IMG/VR virus record: IMGVR_UViG_3300021426_000006
Span: 39,223-103,222 of that record
Length of the DNA: 64,000 nucleotides
From: a virus
Lineage: Duplodnaviria > Caudoviricetes
Reading direction: 5' to 3' (one strand)
The notes beneath the pieces were generated by a model, which was given only the letters and a program-made list of their open reading frames with translations, had not been told where the DNA came from and did no database searches. The translations under genes and the position numbers were made by a program. Shown piece after piece: positions 34,405 through 43,141 of the stretch (positions are counted from its first letter, which is position 1; the number at the start of each line of letters is the position of its first letter).

Positions 34405-34617
34405 GTATAATTAGCAATAGAAGCCTGGTAATGCTCGCTTCGCTCGCTTTTCTTTGCTTTGCTGTCTTGCTTCGCATTGTTAAGCATATTGCTATTATGC
34501 AATCCTCTGAAAGAGTCTTTTTCCCTCACTTTAACCAGGGAATGCGGAGTGTGGTATGGCAACCGTACTCTTAAGATATAGCCGTTTATCACTCACACTC
34601 TCAAACAATCGTAAACA

Positions 34618-35226
34618 ATGGAGACAATGAATCAAAACAAGTCCTATAAGGACTTATGTGGCACCTACAGAGTGGTAGCCGCAGAATTAGTGCCAGCAAA
34701 GGCAGGTAGCAACAAGAACGACTACATCCGTCTATCACTCAAGAAAGTAATGCGTAACGGCCGATTACAGCTCGGATTCAGTCATTATTTTAACTTGGGA
34801 ATCAAGGAATACGTTGACGAGTACAAGCGTCTTGGAGTGACCGACAAGGGCATAAGTGCAGAAAATCTCGCAAAGCTGAAACAGGCTTATGATGCGGGTG
34901 AAACAGATGCTCAATACGAATATTATGGCATGTACTGGACCCAGGAATTTGGCGGAGTATACCGTAACAAAGAAACTGGCAAAATTTCGTCAGAGACCCT
35001 AATCTTCATCCCGTGTGACGAGGACACGGGCGTGCCTCTCAAAGAGTTCTGTATGACGTCAGCGAGATTAGCCGAAATCCTGAACGGCTATGAGATAGTT
35101 AAACAAGACACTGCGGAAGTACAACCTACGGTAAACGACGCTGACCAAGGCGCAGGCGAAGAAGATGAAAGAGCCGCATTTGAAGAGTTCATGCGCCAAC
35201 AAAAAGCCGCAAAAGGAGGCCAATAA
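34618..35226 (+). CDS. hypothetical early protein (202 aa)
   Basis: Intact ORF followed by a long hairpin at 35225-35292. Confidence 0.75.
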   Translation: METMNQNKSYKDLCGTYRVVAAELVPAKAGSNKNDYIRLSLKKVMRNGRLQLGFSHYFNLGIKEYVDEYKRLGVTDKGISAENLAKLKQAYDAGETDAQYEYYGMYWTQEFGGVYRNKETGKISSETLIFIPCDEDTGVPLKEFCMTSARLAEILNGYEIVKQDTAEVQPTVNDADQGAGEEDERAAFEEFMRQQKAAKGGQ

Positions 35227-35338
35227 CCTCTCCCTTCCTCACACCCAAAGCGTGCGCGACAAGCGTGCGCAACGGGGGTGTGGGAGAAGGTTTAGTTGTA
35301 ATTAAGTATAGAATTTGAATCAATCACTAAATACAACT

Positions 35339-35686
35339 ATGTTAGTACAAAGACATTACAAAGAAGAGAAGGTAGTTGAGTCTTACACTATCGATGGTGT
35401 AACCAGTGCCGATATGCACAAAATGACTCAGGTATATGACAAAGTAATGGGCATCATTGTAAATCATCTCAATAAAAAAGCTGAGAAAAAGAAATATCTC
35501 AGTGATGATGATTTGTATGACATCCTGGCGGTTCTCGATGTACTCACAGATGGCAATCGTGTTTGCATCAGAAAGAGTGTATTCGAAGAGCGCAAGGAAG
35601 AACTTCTTAAGATGCACAAAGAACTTGTTGATGCGCCTGTTGGAGAGCAAGACATTGAAGATGCACAATTTGATGAAGACGAATAA
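35339..35686 (+). CDS. hypothetical early protein
   Basis: ATG 35339 within the track ORF; acidic tail. Confidence 0.7.
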   Translation: MLVQRHYKEEKVVESYTIDGVTSADMHKMTQVYDKVMGIIVNHLNKKAEKKKYLSDDDLYDILAVLDVLTDGNRVCIRKSVFEERKEELLKMHKELVDAPVGEQDIEDAQFDEDE

Positions 35687-35719
35687 CTCTCGCGTCCTGA
35701 GCATGACGTAAAACTGCTT

Positions 35720-35801
35720 GACTGTCGTCACGGTAAAAGTCCGTGGCCTGATGACCTCTTATGAGGCACGAGTAAAATCGTGGGCATGAGCCGAAACAGT
35801 T
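35720..35801 (+). ncRNA. type III hammerhead-like ribozyme with extra hairpins
   Basis: GACTG-TC, stem I GTCACGG/CCGTGGC, CTGATGA core, two inserted hairpins, GGC-ATGA-GCC, GAAA, CAGTT. Confidence 0.6.
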
Positions 35802-36352
35802 TAAACTCTTTTATTATGTACTTCAAATGAATGGCGGGAACCAGTGCGTGCCCACTCCCGTTCTAAGATACCTAGCCGCAGATTGGTATCTGGCACATCA
35901 AACATCAATTCAATTAACGTTGAAAGGGTGTATGATTTGACCGTTGTACACCCTGGAGTTTAATGCAAATTGCACACACTGTACGGTCCACCTTCGCATA
36001 AATTGAGGGTGAGACTGTACAAAATGGGCTAAATTCATCTTGGTCAACACTGAAAGACCAGTGTAGATGCATGATGCCTGTGTGTGCTAGTCTCGCTTGC
36101 ATGACGATAAAATGAACATGGTTAGTCATTAGGAGCAAGCTAAATGCAAATGGGAGAGCGATGCTGGTCTGTACTCAGCAACTCTCCCAATTTAGACTCT
36201 CATAGTTAAATGTGCTGTACATTGTCAGCCACTATTGCTGGTCGCCGCTCAAGCCTCACGTTGGTTTCGAAAGCACAGACACTATAGTGAACCGATCTTG
36301 GATAAGATTACCATGAGAGTTTTTTGTTGGAATCAATTCAACTAAATATATT

Positions 36353-36670
36353 ATGCAATACATCAAATCAAGAGCCTTAGCATGGATTGTGCTGTTGTTA
36401 GGGTTTATTGCCATCATAAATGGCAACATTAAAGCACAGAACGTTATACGTAAGGGTAATACCTTCGTAGAACAAAAATCTGACTCTACAAAAAAGAGTG
36501 GCGCCACAAAGACTGATTATCTGTACACCGACGCAAGAGGTATAACAGATACAGTTTATATCTCTTCCACTGGTAAAGCGTTTATCTGGAAAGTCTCAAA
36601 GAAGACTGGAAAGGTTTATCGCAAATACCTTCCTAAAGTGACTGAACAGTTAAACAAGGAGAAGAAATGA
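36353..36670 (+). CDS. hypothetical protein with N-terminal signal/TM segment
   Basis: ALAWIVLLLGFIAII followed by a basic domain. Confidence 0.75.
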   Translation: MQYIKSRALAWIVLLLGFIAIINGNIKAQNVIRKGNTFVEQKSDSTKKSGATKTDYLYTDARGITDTVYISSTGKAFIWKVSKKTGKVYRKYLPKVTEQLNKEKK

Positions 36671-36959
36671 AAATACTCAACAATGATTGGTTTTGGGCAC
36701 TATTAGTTGCTCTAACTTTTCTTGCTTTGTTTCTGATGTACGAACCAACAACAAAATAAAGCATGTTCAACACAAGAATCGGAAATCGTGTTCACGAAAT
36801 TCGTGGGCACGAGTATTTGACTGTGGGAGAGCGTGTGAATAACACAACTTCCCAAAGACACTATCAGGTCGAATATCCTGAAGACTTATAGTGTTTGGAG
36901 CTTACAGGGGCGCGACTGTTTAACGCACAACTTTGTTTTACGAAAATTATTGTACAAAG

Positions 36960-37181
36960 ATGAATACAGAAGAAAAAGCGAGAGCTTACGATGAAACTGT
37001 TAAAAAACTGCGTAAATTCTACAGAGATTACGATACAGTTTCTTGTTTAATTGATGTAAAAGAAGAACTTGCAAATCTTTTCCCAGAGCTCAAAGAATCA
37101 GAGAGTGAGGATGAAGAGTTTATAGACCCCGACGCTCTTATTCAACAACGAATGGATGCGCTCGCTGCTATAACCGCTTAA
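36960..37181 (+). CDS. hypothetical protein (73 aa)
   Basis: MNTEEKARAYDE...LFPELKESE, a pattern typical of Bacteroidota phage proteins. Confidence 0.65.
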   Translation: MNTEEKARAYDETVKKLRKFYRDYDTVSCLIDVKEELANLFPELKESESEDEEFIDPDALIQQRMDALAAITA

Positions 37182-37332
37182 GACAGTGTTTTTAGCCATA
37201 GATTTTACACTGTAAAGCAGAGATAGCGTCTGTATAGCGAGGTGACCCGTATTCCTCGCATTTTAAAAGAAACAACTCTCAAGTAAGGTGAGGATAAGTC
37301 CTTACAAAAAATAACAATTAAACATAATCAAT

Positions 37333-37764
37333 ATGAAAAAAATTACCGTCACTGGCAGGAATATTACTGCCGTCACATGCGTAGAACTCACAGAAGAAAT
37401 GGTTCTCGCCATTAAAAGAAGGCCAACTCAGCTAAATGGTCTTCTGAAAGATTTACACGTAACAGGTACGGTGTGTAAGGATAAAGAACAAAATCTTGTA
37501 TTTGAAATGTCCCTTCCTATTCCAAATGTCTTTATCCTGCAGGGGGAGATGGCGCACTTTGAAAAAATAGAACATCAGTTCACAAAAGAAGTTTCAAAGT
37601 GGGTTGAGGAAGATGCCGCTCAAAATAAGGAACCAGAAACTGGTAAATACGTGTATCTTAAACGTACGGATCACGGCTACAAAGTAGGCGGCAACATGAA
37701 TTTAGAAGAAGTAGTGAATACTCTTGCATCAATGTTCATCAGCTATGCGGCCAACAAAAAGTAA
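37333..37764 (+). CDS. hypothetical protein (143 aa)
   Basis: Intact ORF with A-rich leader. Confidence 0.75.
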   Translation: MKKITVTGRNITAVTCVELTEEMVLAIKRRPTQLNGLLKDLHVTGTVCKDKEQNLVFEMSLPIPNVFILQGEMAHFEKIEHQFTKEVSKWVEEDAAQNKEPETGKYVYLKRTDHGYKVGGNMNLEEVVNTLASMFISYAANKK

Positions 37765-38005
37765 CCAGAGTAAACAACCACATAAGCTCAACCAAGTTCA
37801 TCCACCACTTCCTAAAAAGAAGCGTGTGGATGAACAAGGTAACGACAGGCGTCGTTTGTGGTTGAGAGACGGCAAAACAACCATGCCGTTCGTAGAAGGT
37901 CTTACGGAGGCCGGATGTAAGGCTTTGATCAATATGATCAATTCTACTCTCATAAAATTAGGAAGTGAAACGTTATCAAGTAACAAATTCTTAATAACGA
38001 GATGA
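37724..38005 (+). CDS. hypothetical protein (start uncertain)
   Basis: TGA overlaps the next ATG. Confidence 0.55.
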   Translation: MHQCSSAMRPTKSNQSKQPHKLNQVHPPLPKKKRVDEQGNDRRRLWLRDGKTTMPFVEGLTEAGCKALINMINSTLIKLGSETLSSNKFLITR

Positions 38006-38478
38006 ACAGTAATTTAGTAACAATAAAACAGGCTCTATCATTAAGAGAGCTCGGTTTTAACGAACCGACTGTTCGGTATGCATTTAGATTTTCTGATGAC
38101 TGCGAATATCGTATACAACAACATGCGTTCCTTTACAACTACAACAACAAGTATCCAAGAATGCTTTCGATTCCCACTGTCGATGAGGTGATCGATTGGC
38201 TGCGAAGAAAGTTCCACGTGATAATATATGATGCAACACAACCATTTGTGTGTCCTACTAGGATGAAGATCCTGTACGCGTACAAAGTAAAATTCTGTAA
38301 CGTACGTCATGGATGGAACAGTAGAGAGTACTTAGGGTGCTCTAAATGGAGTACTAATTCGTATTCAGCAAAAAGGCAAGCGCTGTGGATTGCACTACGA
38401 TACATCGTTAAAAAGAAGAAAGATGCTGAAGGTAGGAGAAAGAACACAGATAAACGGAGAGACGTACGTAGTACGTAA
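38002..38478 (+). CDS. hypothetical protein (158 aa)
   Basis: LVTIKQALSLRELGF...IPTVDEVIDWLR pattern. Confidence 0.75.
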   Translation: MNSNLVTIKQALSLRELGFNEPTVRYAFRFSDDCEYRIQQHAFLYNYNNKYPRMLSIPTVDEVIDWLRRKFHVIIYDATQPFVCPTRMKILYAYKVKFCNVRHGWNSREYLGCSKWSTNSYSAKRQALWIALRYIVKKKKDAEGRRKNTDKRRDVRST

Positions 38479-38593
38479 AATGTACCAACGCTGCGTGCCA
38501 TGTCTTCTGTGCGATTTATTTGATACCAGTCATGGATGTCGATTGAACGTATGTTCACTTCCAAAGTGGACATATCTTGAGAAGGTGGAGTAG
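38423..38593 (+). CDS. small Cys-rich protein
   Basis: MLKVGERTQINGETY...CVPCLLC; ends TAG. Confidence 0.55.
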   Translation: MLKVGERTQINGETYVVRKMYQRCVPCLLCDLFDTSHGCRLNVCSLPKWTYLEKVE

Positions 38594-38640
38594 TCACCAC
38601 AGGTTGACTACAAGTAAATAATCGTTATAAAAAACAAATT

Positions 38641-38883
38641 ATGGCTAAAAACAGACCTTATTCTCTGTGTATCGGCATAGAGAAACTTAGAAGCCTCAAA
38701 AGGGGGAAATCTAACATAGTGTCTCACCCAAAAACAAGGAGATGGACAGATTTCATCAACAAAAAACAAAAGAAAGTGAGGTTTTTCGACCAAAACACGA
38801 TTGACTCTGGCACATTTGACGTGGATGAAATAATAATCGCCATGCAATGCGGAGAAGAAGTAGTCAAAATAAAAATAAAATGA
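38641..38883 (+). CDS. hypothetical protein (80 aa)
   Basis: Intact ORF, ATGA-coupled to the next gene. Confidence 0.65.
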   Translation: MAKNRPYSLCIGIEKLRSLKRGKSNIVSHPKTRRWTDFINKKQKKVRFFDQNTIDSGTFDVDEIIIAMQCGEEVVKIKIK

Positions 38884-39068
38884 AGAATCTGAAGCCAGGA
38901 CAATTTTGTACCATTGGCGGAATTGTCTATCGGGCTAAAAAAAGGATTAATGGATGTGCTGGCTGTGCATTGGATAGTTTTGTTTTGTGCCCGAATATAG
39001 TAGACCGCAGAATAGAAAAACCTCAACTACAATGTGAACTAAACAACGTAATTCTGGTAAAAGTATGA
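38880..39068 (+). CDS. small Cys-rich protein
   Basis: MKNLKPGQFCTIGGIVY...CAGC. Confidence 0.6.
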   Translation: MKNLKPGQFCTIGGIVYRAKKRINGCAGCALDSFVLCPNIVDRRIEKPQLQCELNNVILVKV

Positions 39069-39262
39069 AAGAGAAGCAATTGTTTTACCTAGGATTTACA
39101 ATAATGATTCTAGGATTCACTTGGTTGTACACAATGTCGAAATGCGCACGATATTATACGCAATACATAAACAAAGACTATATCATGGGAATCTTAATAA
39201 TAACGGCAATCCTGATGGCCGTTGGAGGATTTACAATGATGATGGCCTATTTCTCTGATTAA
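39065..39262 (+). CDS. small membrane protein with two TM helices
   Basis: Two hydrophobic stretches in 65 aa. Confidence 0.65.
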   Translation: MKEKQLFYLGFTIMILGFTWLYTMSKCARYYTQYINKDYIMGILIITAILMAVGGFTMMMAYFSD

Positions 39263-39909
39263 CCGACTCCATCGGTATATATGGAGATGAAATAATCATA
39301 GTTTACTTGTTAGCCAAGAGGGGCGGTTCGTGAGAATAGTCCCTCTTAAAACATACGCATAGAACTCGCCAGAAAGCAGGAAACCTCAAGGCCTGCCAGT
39401 CTCTATTGGATATAGACAGTTAACGGGTAGAGACCAACGAGGAGAGGGTGCGTAAGCCGTCGTGGTCAGAGGAGACGTAAAAAGAAGCTGACACCATGCT
39501 ATTAGGTATATATAATGGCAAAATTGGGCACGCCTTGCATTTTGATACGGACTGCAAGAAACTCAGCCCGCCCACAGTCGTGGCCAGGAACGTAGACACC
39601 TGGCATGCGTATGCCGAAAGTGCAACTGTGGGTTCAATTGATAGTTTCAAGATTTGTTTATTATGTATTATTATTGTTTTAGGTTTTAAGATTGTATGGA
39701 TGGATTACTAAAAAACAAGTTTCTTTCATGATAAATAGTTTTTTGAGAATCTAATCTTATGCGTGATGCTGTTGTGAAACATAGTTACGCAGACTGTTTA
39801 GCAGTTCGTGAGAATAGCTAAACATTTTGGAAAAATAACCCGAGGTGACGGTGGAGGTGGCAGACTAGTGTGCGATTTGCAAGTACTGCGTGTAGGGTTT
39901 TAAATATTT

Positions 39910-39983
39910 GGACTTGTAGCTCAGTTGGTTAGAGCAACAGACTCATAATCTGTAGGTCCTTGGTTCAAGCCCAAGCTGGTCCA
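39910..39983 (+). tRNA. tRNA with CAT anticodon (Ile2 or elongator Met)
   Basis: Cloverleaf; ACAGA-CT CAT AA-TCTGT; CTTGG-TTCAAGC-CCAAG. Confidence 0.9.
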
Positions 39984-40120
39984 CTAGCGCGTGATGCGTG
40001 AAGTACGTGAATTGTTTTAGTGAAGATGTTATATTAATTCTGTTTTCATCTATTTTTACTAACATGAGTGTATTATTACTCCACAGCGGTGGAGAGGCCC
40101 TCACAGCGGTGAGGGCTGCT

Positions 40121-40192
40121 GGTCCATTCGTCTATCGGTTAGGACGAGAGATTTTCATTCTCTAAAGAGCAGTTCGACTCTGCTATGGACTA
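40121..40192 (+). tRNA. tRNA-Glu(TTC)
   Basis: GGTCCAT/ATGGACT acceptor; AGAGA-TT TTC AT-TCTCT. Confidence 0.92.
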
Positions 40193-40193
40193 C

Positions 40194-40463
40194 ATGTATA
40201 GAGCCGGAACATTGGTTACATTACGCGATGGAAACGTGTATCGCACAAGCAGAAAAACAGTATGCGTGTGTGAGTATTGTATTGACTATTACAAGAAGCA
40301 CAATTTGAGAAAGCCATGTAGTATATTTGGAGATAAACCTCGGCCATTTGGAGACAAATGGTGGCTTCTCAATAATGAAAAATGTGCAGAAATGTATGGT
40401 GAATATCAATTTCCAAAACAGGTCTTTTCCAAGTCTTCCTCAAAGACTGGATGTAAACTATAA
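40194..40463 (+). CDS. small Cys-rich protein
   Basis: Start moved to 40194 to clear the tRNA; MYRAGTLVTLRDGNVY...CVCEYC. Confidence 0.6.
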   Translation: MYRAGTLVTLRDGNVYRTSRKTVCVCEYCIDYYKKHNLRKPCSIFGDKPRPFGDKWWLLNNEKCAEMYGEYQFPKQVFSKSSSKTGCKL

Positions 40464-40493
40464 GTTATTAATCCTTTTAAACGTTATCAAAAC

Positions 40494-41036
40494 ATGAGAG
40501 GAAACAAATTTCGAAACCTTAAACGGTTTTTAGGAGGCTATTTTGCCCTCCTTGTTGTCATGATCTGTGCAGTTATAGGGTTGCACAGTTGTGACAAGGT
40601 GAACGCCGTTTGTTCATCAAATGGCGTAGACAGTGTGTATGTAACTGAGTGTATCAAAGCTACTGCAAATCCAACCTTTACTTCACTTACAGAGGTGAAA
40701 GTAGCTCAAAAGCAGCTTGCTGAGAAATACTCAGTGGACGAGGTGTTCTTGAACATGCCCGACAACATTTTAAACAACGTTGTAAACGTGTGTTTAAACA
40801 AGAATACTGTCATTACAAAAACAGATATTGTAAACGAATATCGAGCGAACAAGGATGTATACGATAATCTTGATTCGCAACCGACATCCGCTAATAACAA
40901 CACTGTAAAAAAAGACACTGTCAAAGAGGGACAGCGAAAGCCTACTGCGGGAAAGGTGTCCTATCGATATGAAATGGACACGGTAGAAGGAACTCCAAAA
41001 CGTGTATTAGTAAAAGAAGAAAGAGTGTATGAGTAA
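40494..41036 (+). CDS. putative membrane-anchored protein or lipoprotein
   Basis: Hydrophobic segment ending LHSC. Confidence 0.7.
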   Translation: MRGNKFRNLKRFLGGYFALLVVMICAVIGLHSCDKVNAVCSSNGVDSVYVTECIKATANPTFTSLTEVKVAQKQLAEKYSVDEVFLNMPDNILNNVVNVCLNKNTVITKTDIVNEYRANKDVYDNLDSQPTSANNNTVKKDTVKEGQRKPTAGKVSYRYEMDTVEGTPKRVLVKEERVYE

Positions 41037-41529
41037 TAACGCACTTGTTCTCCAGTGGAAAGGAGAACTTCTACCAGATTATTTAACGCAGAAAATCGCG
41101 GAACTACTAATTGTAAATAGAATATGCATCCCAGAGATGTTGACTATCAAGTACGTCGATGAAGAAAGTATTGCAAAAATACTTATTCGCGACGCTGCTC
41201 AAAGTACTGTAGTAGTTAAGAACACCAGTGATGATGAGGAGGCAATTAAAAATGCTGTAATCTATATTGGCGAGCGATTTAAAGAATCTCTATCAAGTGC
41301 AAACAAGCACGGAGACGCTTTAATGTTCGCTATAGAATTATTAGATGCTGCAATCGTTGCCAAACGAAGTATATCATTCACTGGGGTAGGATCTGATAAC
41401 GAGCTGTTAGCAGCTATAAAGATTCTATCGAAAACGACCGGAGTGATACCTTCCGTACTTGCGAAGAAGTATCATTTTTCTCAGAAAATCGTAGACGTGA
41501 TAAAAGAAGTATATAACAAAGTATTTTAA
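41029..41529 (+). CDS. hypothetical protein (166 aa)
   Basis: Intact overlap-coupled ORF. Confidence 0.75.
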   Translation: MSNNALVLQWKGELLPDYLTQKIAELLIVNRICIPEMLTIKYVDEESIAKILIRDAAQSTVVVKNTSDDEEAIKNAVIYIGERFKESLSSANKHGDALMFAIELLDAAIVAKRSISFTGVGSDNELLAAIKILSKTTGVIPSVLAKKYHFSQKIVDVIKEVYNKVF

Positions 41530-41721
41530 CTATGTGCCACGGAAACAAAATAAGGTCTGGAAAAACTATTCGTTTTAATCCAAAGAAAGGAGAAGAACGA
41601 GAAGTAACACCTTATAAAAGGGAAAAATACAAATTCTGCATCCGTTCTTACGAAGAATAAAACACCTGTCAGTGCAGGTATAATTAACATAGTTTATAAA
41701 CATTAAAAAACCGTTATCAAA

Positions 41722-42369
41722 ATGGGAAAAGAAAAAGAAACAAACAAGCCTGTTGCCATTACTGTTGACAACGTAGTAGAAGAAGCAAAAAAGGGTAACA
41801 CCATGACGACGGACCTTTGCTCCAAGATGAAGGCCGAGTTGAAGGACGAGAAAGACAAGCGTATTATACGCGAAGTAAAATCACGTTACACGAAGATTGC
41901 CTACAATGTAGGCATGGGCCTAGTTCATGTGCGTAAGTCGCGCCTGAGAGACGATATTGCTCTGTACAATATTCGTCAGCAAGGCCGTCTACAGAGATTT
42001 CTCTGTGGCTTCGAAGTTACCGAACAAGTAATAAATGAATTCGCCAAGACTCCTGACGACATCCTGGAGTTGGAAACTCTCGATGAGAAGAAGTCAGTAC
42101 TGAAGCTGAAGGTTCTCAAAGAGGATGGAAAGACTCGCGAGGAGAAGGAGTTTAAGGTCGGCGATAGCGTTCCTGCGCTAATCGACTTCACAGAGTTCGA
42201 CAAAGCTCTCATCAAGCTGAATGAGAAGCTTAAGAACAAAGTGAAAGAAGTCGAAGACAAGTTCAGGGATGAAGTCAAGGTAATTCAGCAGGCTGCCGGT
42301 GAATACTGGCGTTCTGACTGGGCTTACGATATCCGTATTATCACTGACAACGGAATCGATCGAGTCTAA
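41722..42369 (+). CDS. hypothetical protein (215 aa)
   Basis: Intact ORF with TTATCAAAATG leader; directly upstream of the hairpin array. Confidence 0.8.
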   Translation: MGKEKETNKPVAITVDNVVEEAKKGNTMTTDLCSKMKAELKDEKDKRIIREVKSRYTKIAYNVGMGLVHVRKSRLRDDIALYNIRQQGRLQRFLCGFEVTEQVINEFAKTPDDILELETLDEKKSVLKLKVLKEDGKTREEKEFKVGDSVPALIDFTEFDKALIKLNEKLKNKVKEVEDKFRDEVKVIQQAAGEYWRSDWAYDIRIITDNGIDRV

Positions 42370-42402
42370 GACTATTAATTATAGTTAAAGAACACATCAT
42401 CC

Positions 42403-42794
42403 GTAAGATTCGAGCCTTGAGCCAATATCTTACAAACCAAGAGAAAGCAGACTACGTTATGGAGTATAGAAAGTATTTACAGCAGAAATTTGGCATTGCG
42501 CCACGATATTTCAGCTGATACAGGTCTATCGGGGATCGACACTCGCAATCTCTAACAGTAGAATTAACTACACATAGTTCGAGCCTTGAGCCAATACTAT
42601 GAGGGTGACAAGCCCGACTTCACGGGTTATAATATGAAGTCATTTGATCAAAAATCGTGATTTGTGGAGAGCCTTGAGCCCACTGGTAAATATGAGCACC
42701 TAAGTGACTTGGTTAAAGTCCAGTGCACAATGATTTCAAGAATGCAGATATGACCTATTTCCGAGCCTTGAGCCAGTATTTAGACAATCATATC
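42403..42794 (+). ncRNA. array of four hairpins presenting an identical GAGCCTTGAGCC loop (candidate decoy sRNA)
   Basis: 12-mer at 42412, 42581, 42669 and 42763; closing stems differ in sequence but pair: GTAAGAT/ATCTTAC, CATAGT/ACTATG, GTGG/CCAC, GATATGA/TCATATC. Confidence 0.75.
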
Positions 42795-42929
42795 AACTTG
42801 TTTAAGGCGAAATAAAAGCTGTTTTAAGCGTTTTCAAAGCTTAAGTGGATTAGCTACCCACAAGAGTAGAGAAAACGTCTTAGAATGGCTTAAAATAACC
42901 TTAAATCGAATGTTTTGACTGATCATCAG

Positions 42930-42980
42930 AACGTTCACAACACTTAGAGTATGAAACGTTCACAACACTTAGAGTATGAA
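42930..42980 (+). repeat. perfect 25-bp tandem duplication
   Basis: AACGTTCACAACACTTAGAGTATGA x2. Confidence 0.9.
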
Positions 42981-43137
42981 AAGAATCGTTTTAGCAAAAT
43001 TTGAAGTAGATGATGATCCAAATGTAGATCATTTACCAGAATATCAGCGTTCGTATACAAAATACCAAGCTGAAATGCGTACTAAGAAGATTTTAGAGCT
43101 TGTGACAAAAGAAGCTTGTGAATTTTCAATCTCTTAA
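42976..43137 (+). CDS. small hypothetical protein (53 aa)
   Basis: MKRIVLAKFEVDDDP; starts in the second repeat copy. Confidence 0.5.
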   Translation: MKRIVLAKFEVDDDPNVDHLPEYQRSYTKYQAEMRTKKILELVTKEACEFSIS

Positions 43138-43141
43138 GAAA

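Larger units (their letters stand above)
33578..34485 (+). repeat. four dispersed ~55-bp bipartite repeats, each preceding a short ORF
   Basis: CTCRCTKCGYTCG at 33581, 33927, 34241 and 34434, each followed by TGTYTTGCTYYGCRTWRTTAA. Confidence 0.85.

Noticed and set aside
39496-39711. 71-aa plus-strand ORF
   Set aside because: It lies in a hairpin-rich spacer and lacks the A-rich leader of neighbouring genes; coding status is unsupported.
42403-42794. GAGCCTTGAGCC array as a CRISPR or mini-CRISPR array
   Set aside because: The repeat is only 12 nt, spacings are irregular (169, 88, 94), flanks pair with each other, and no cas genes are visible.
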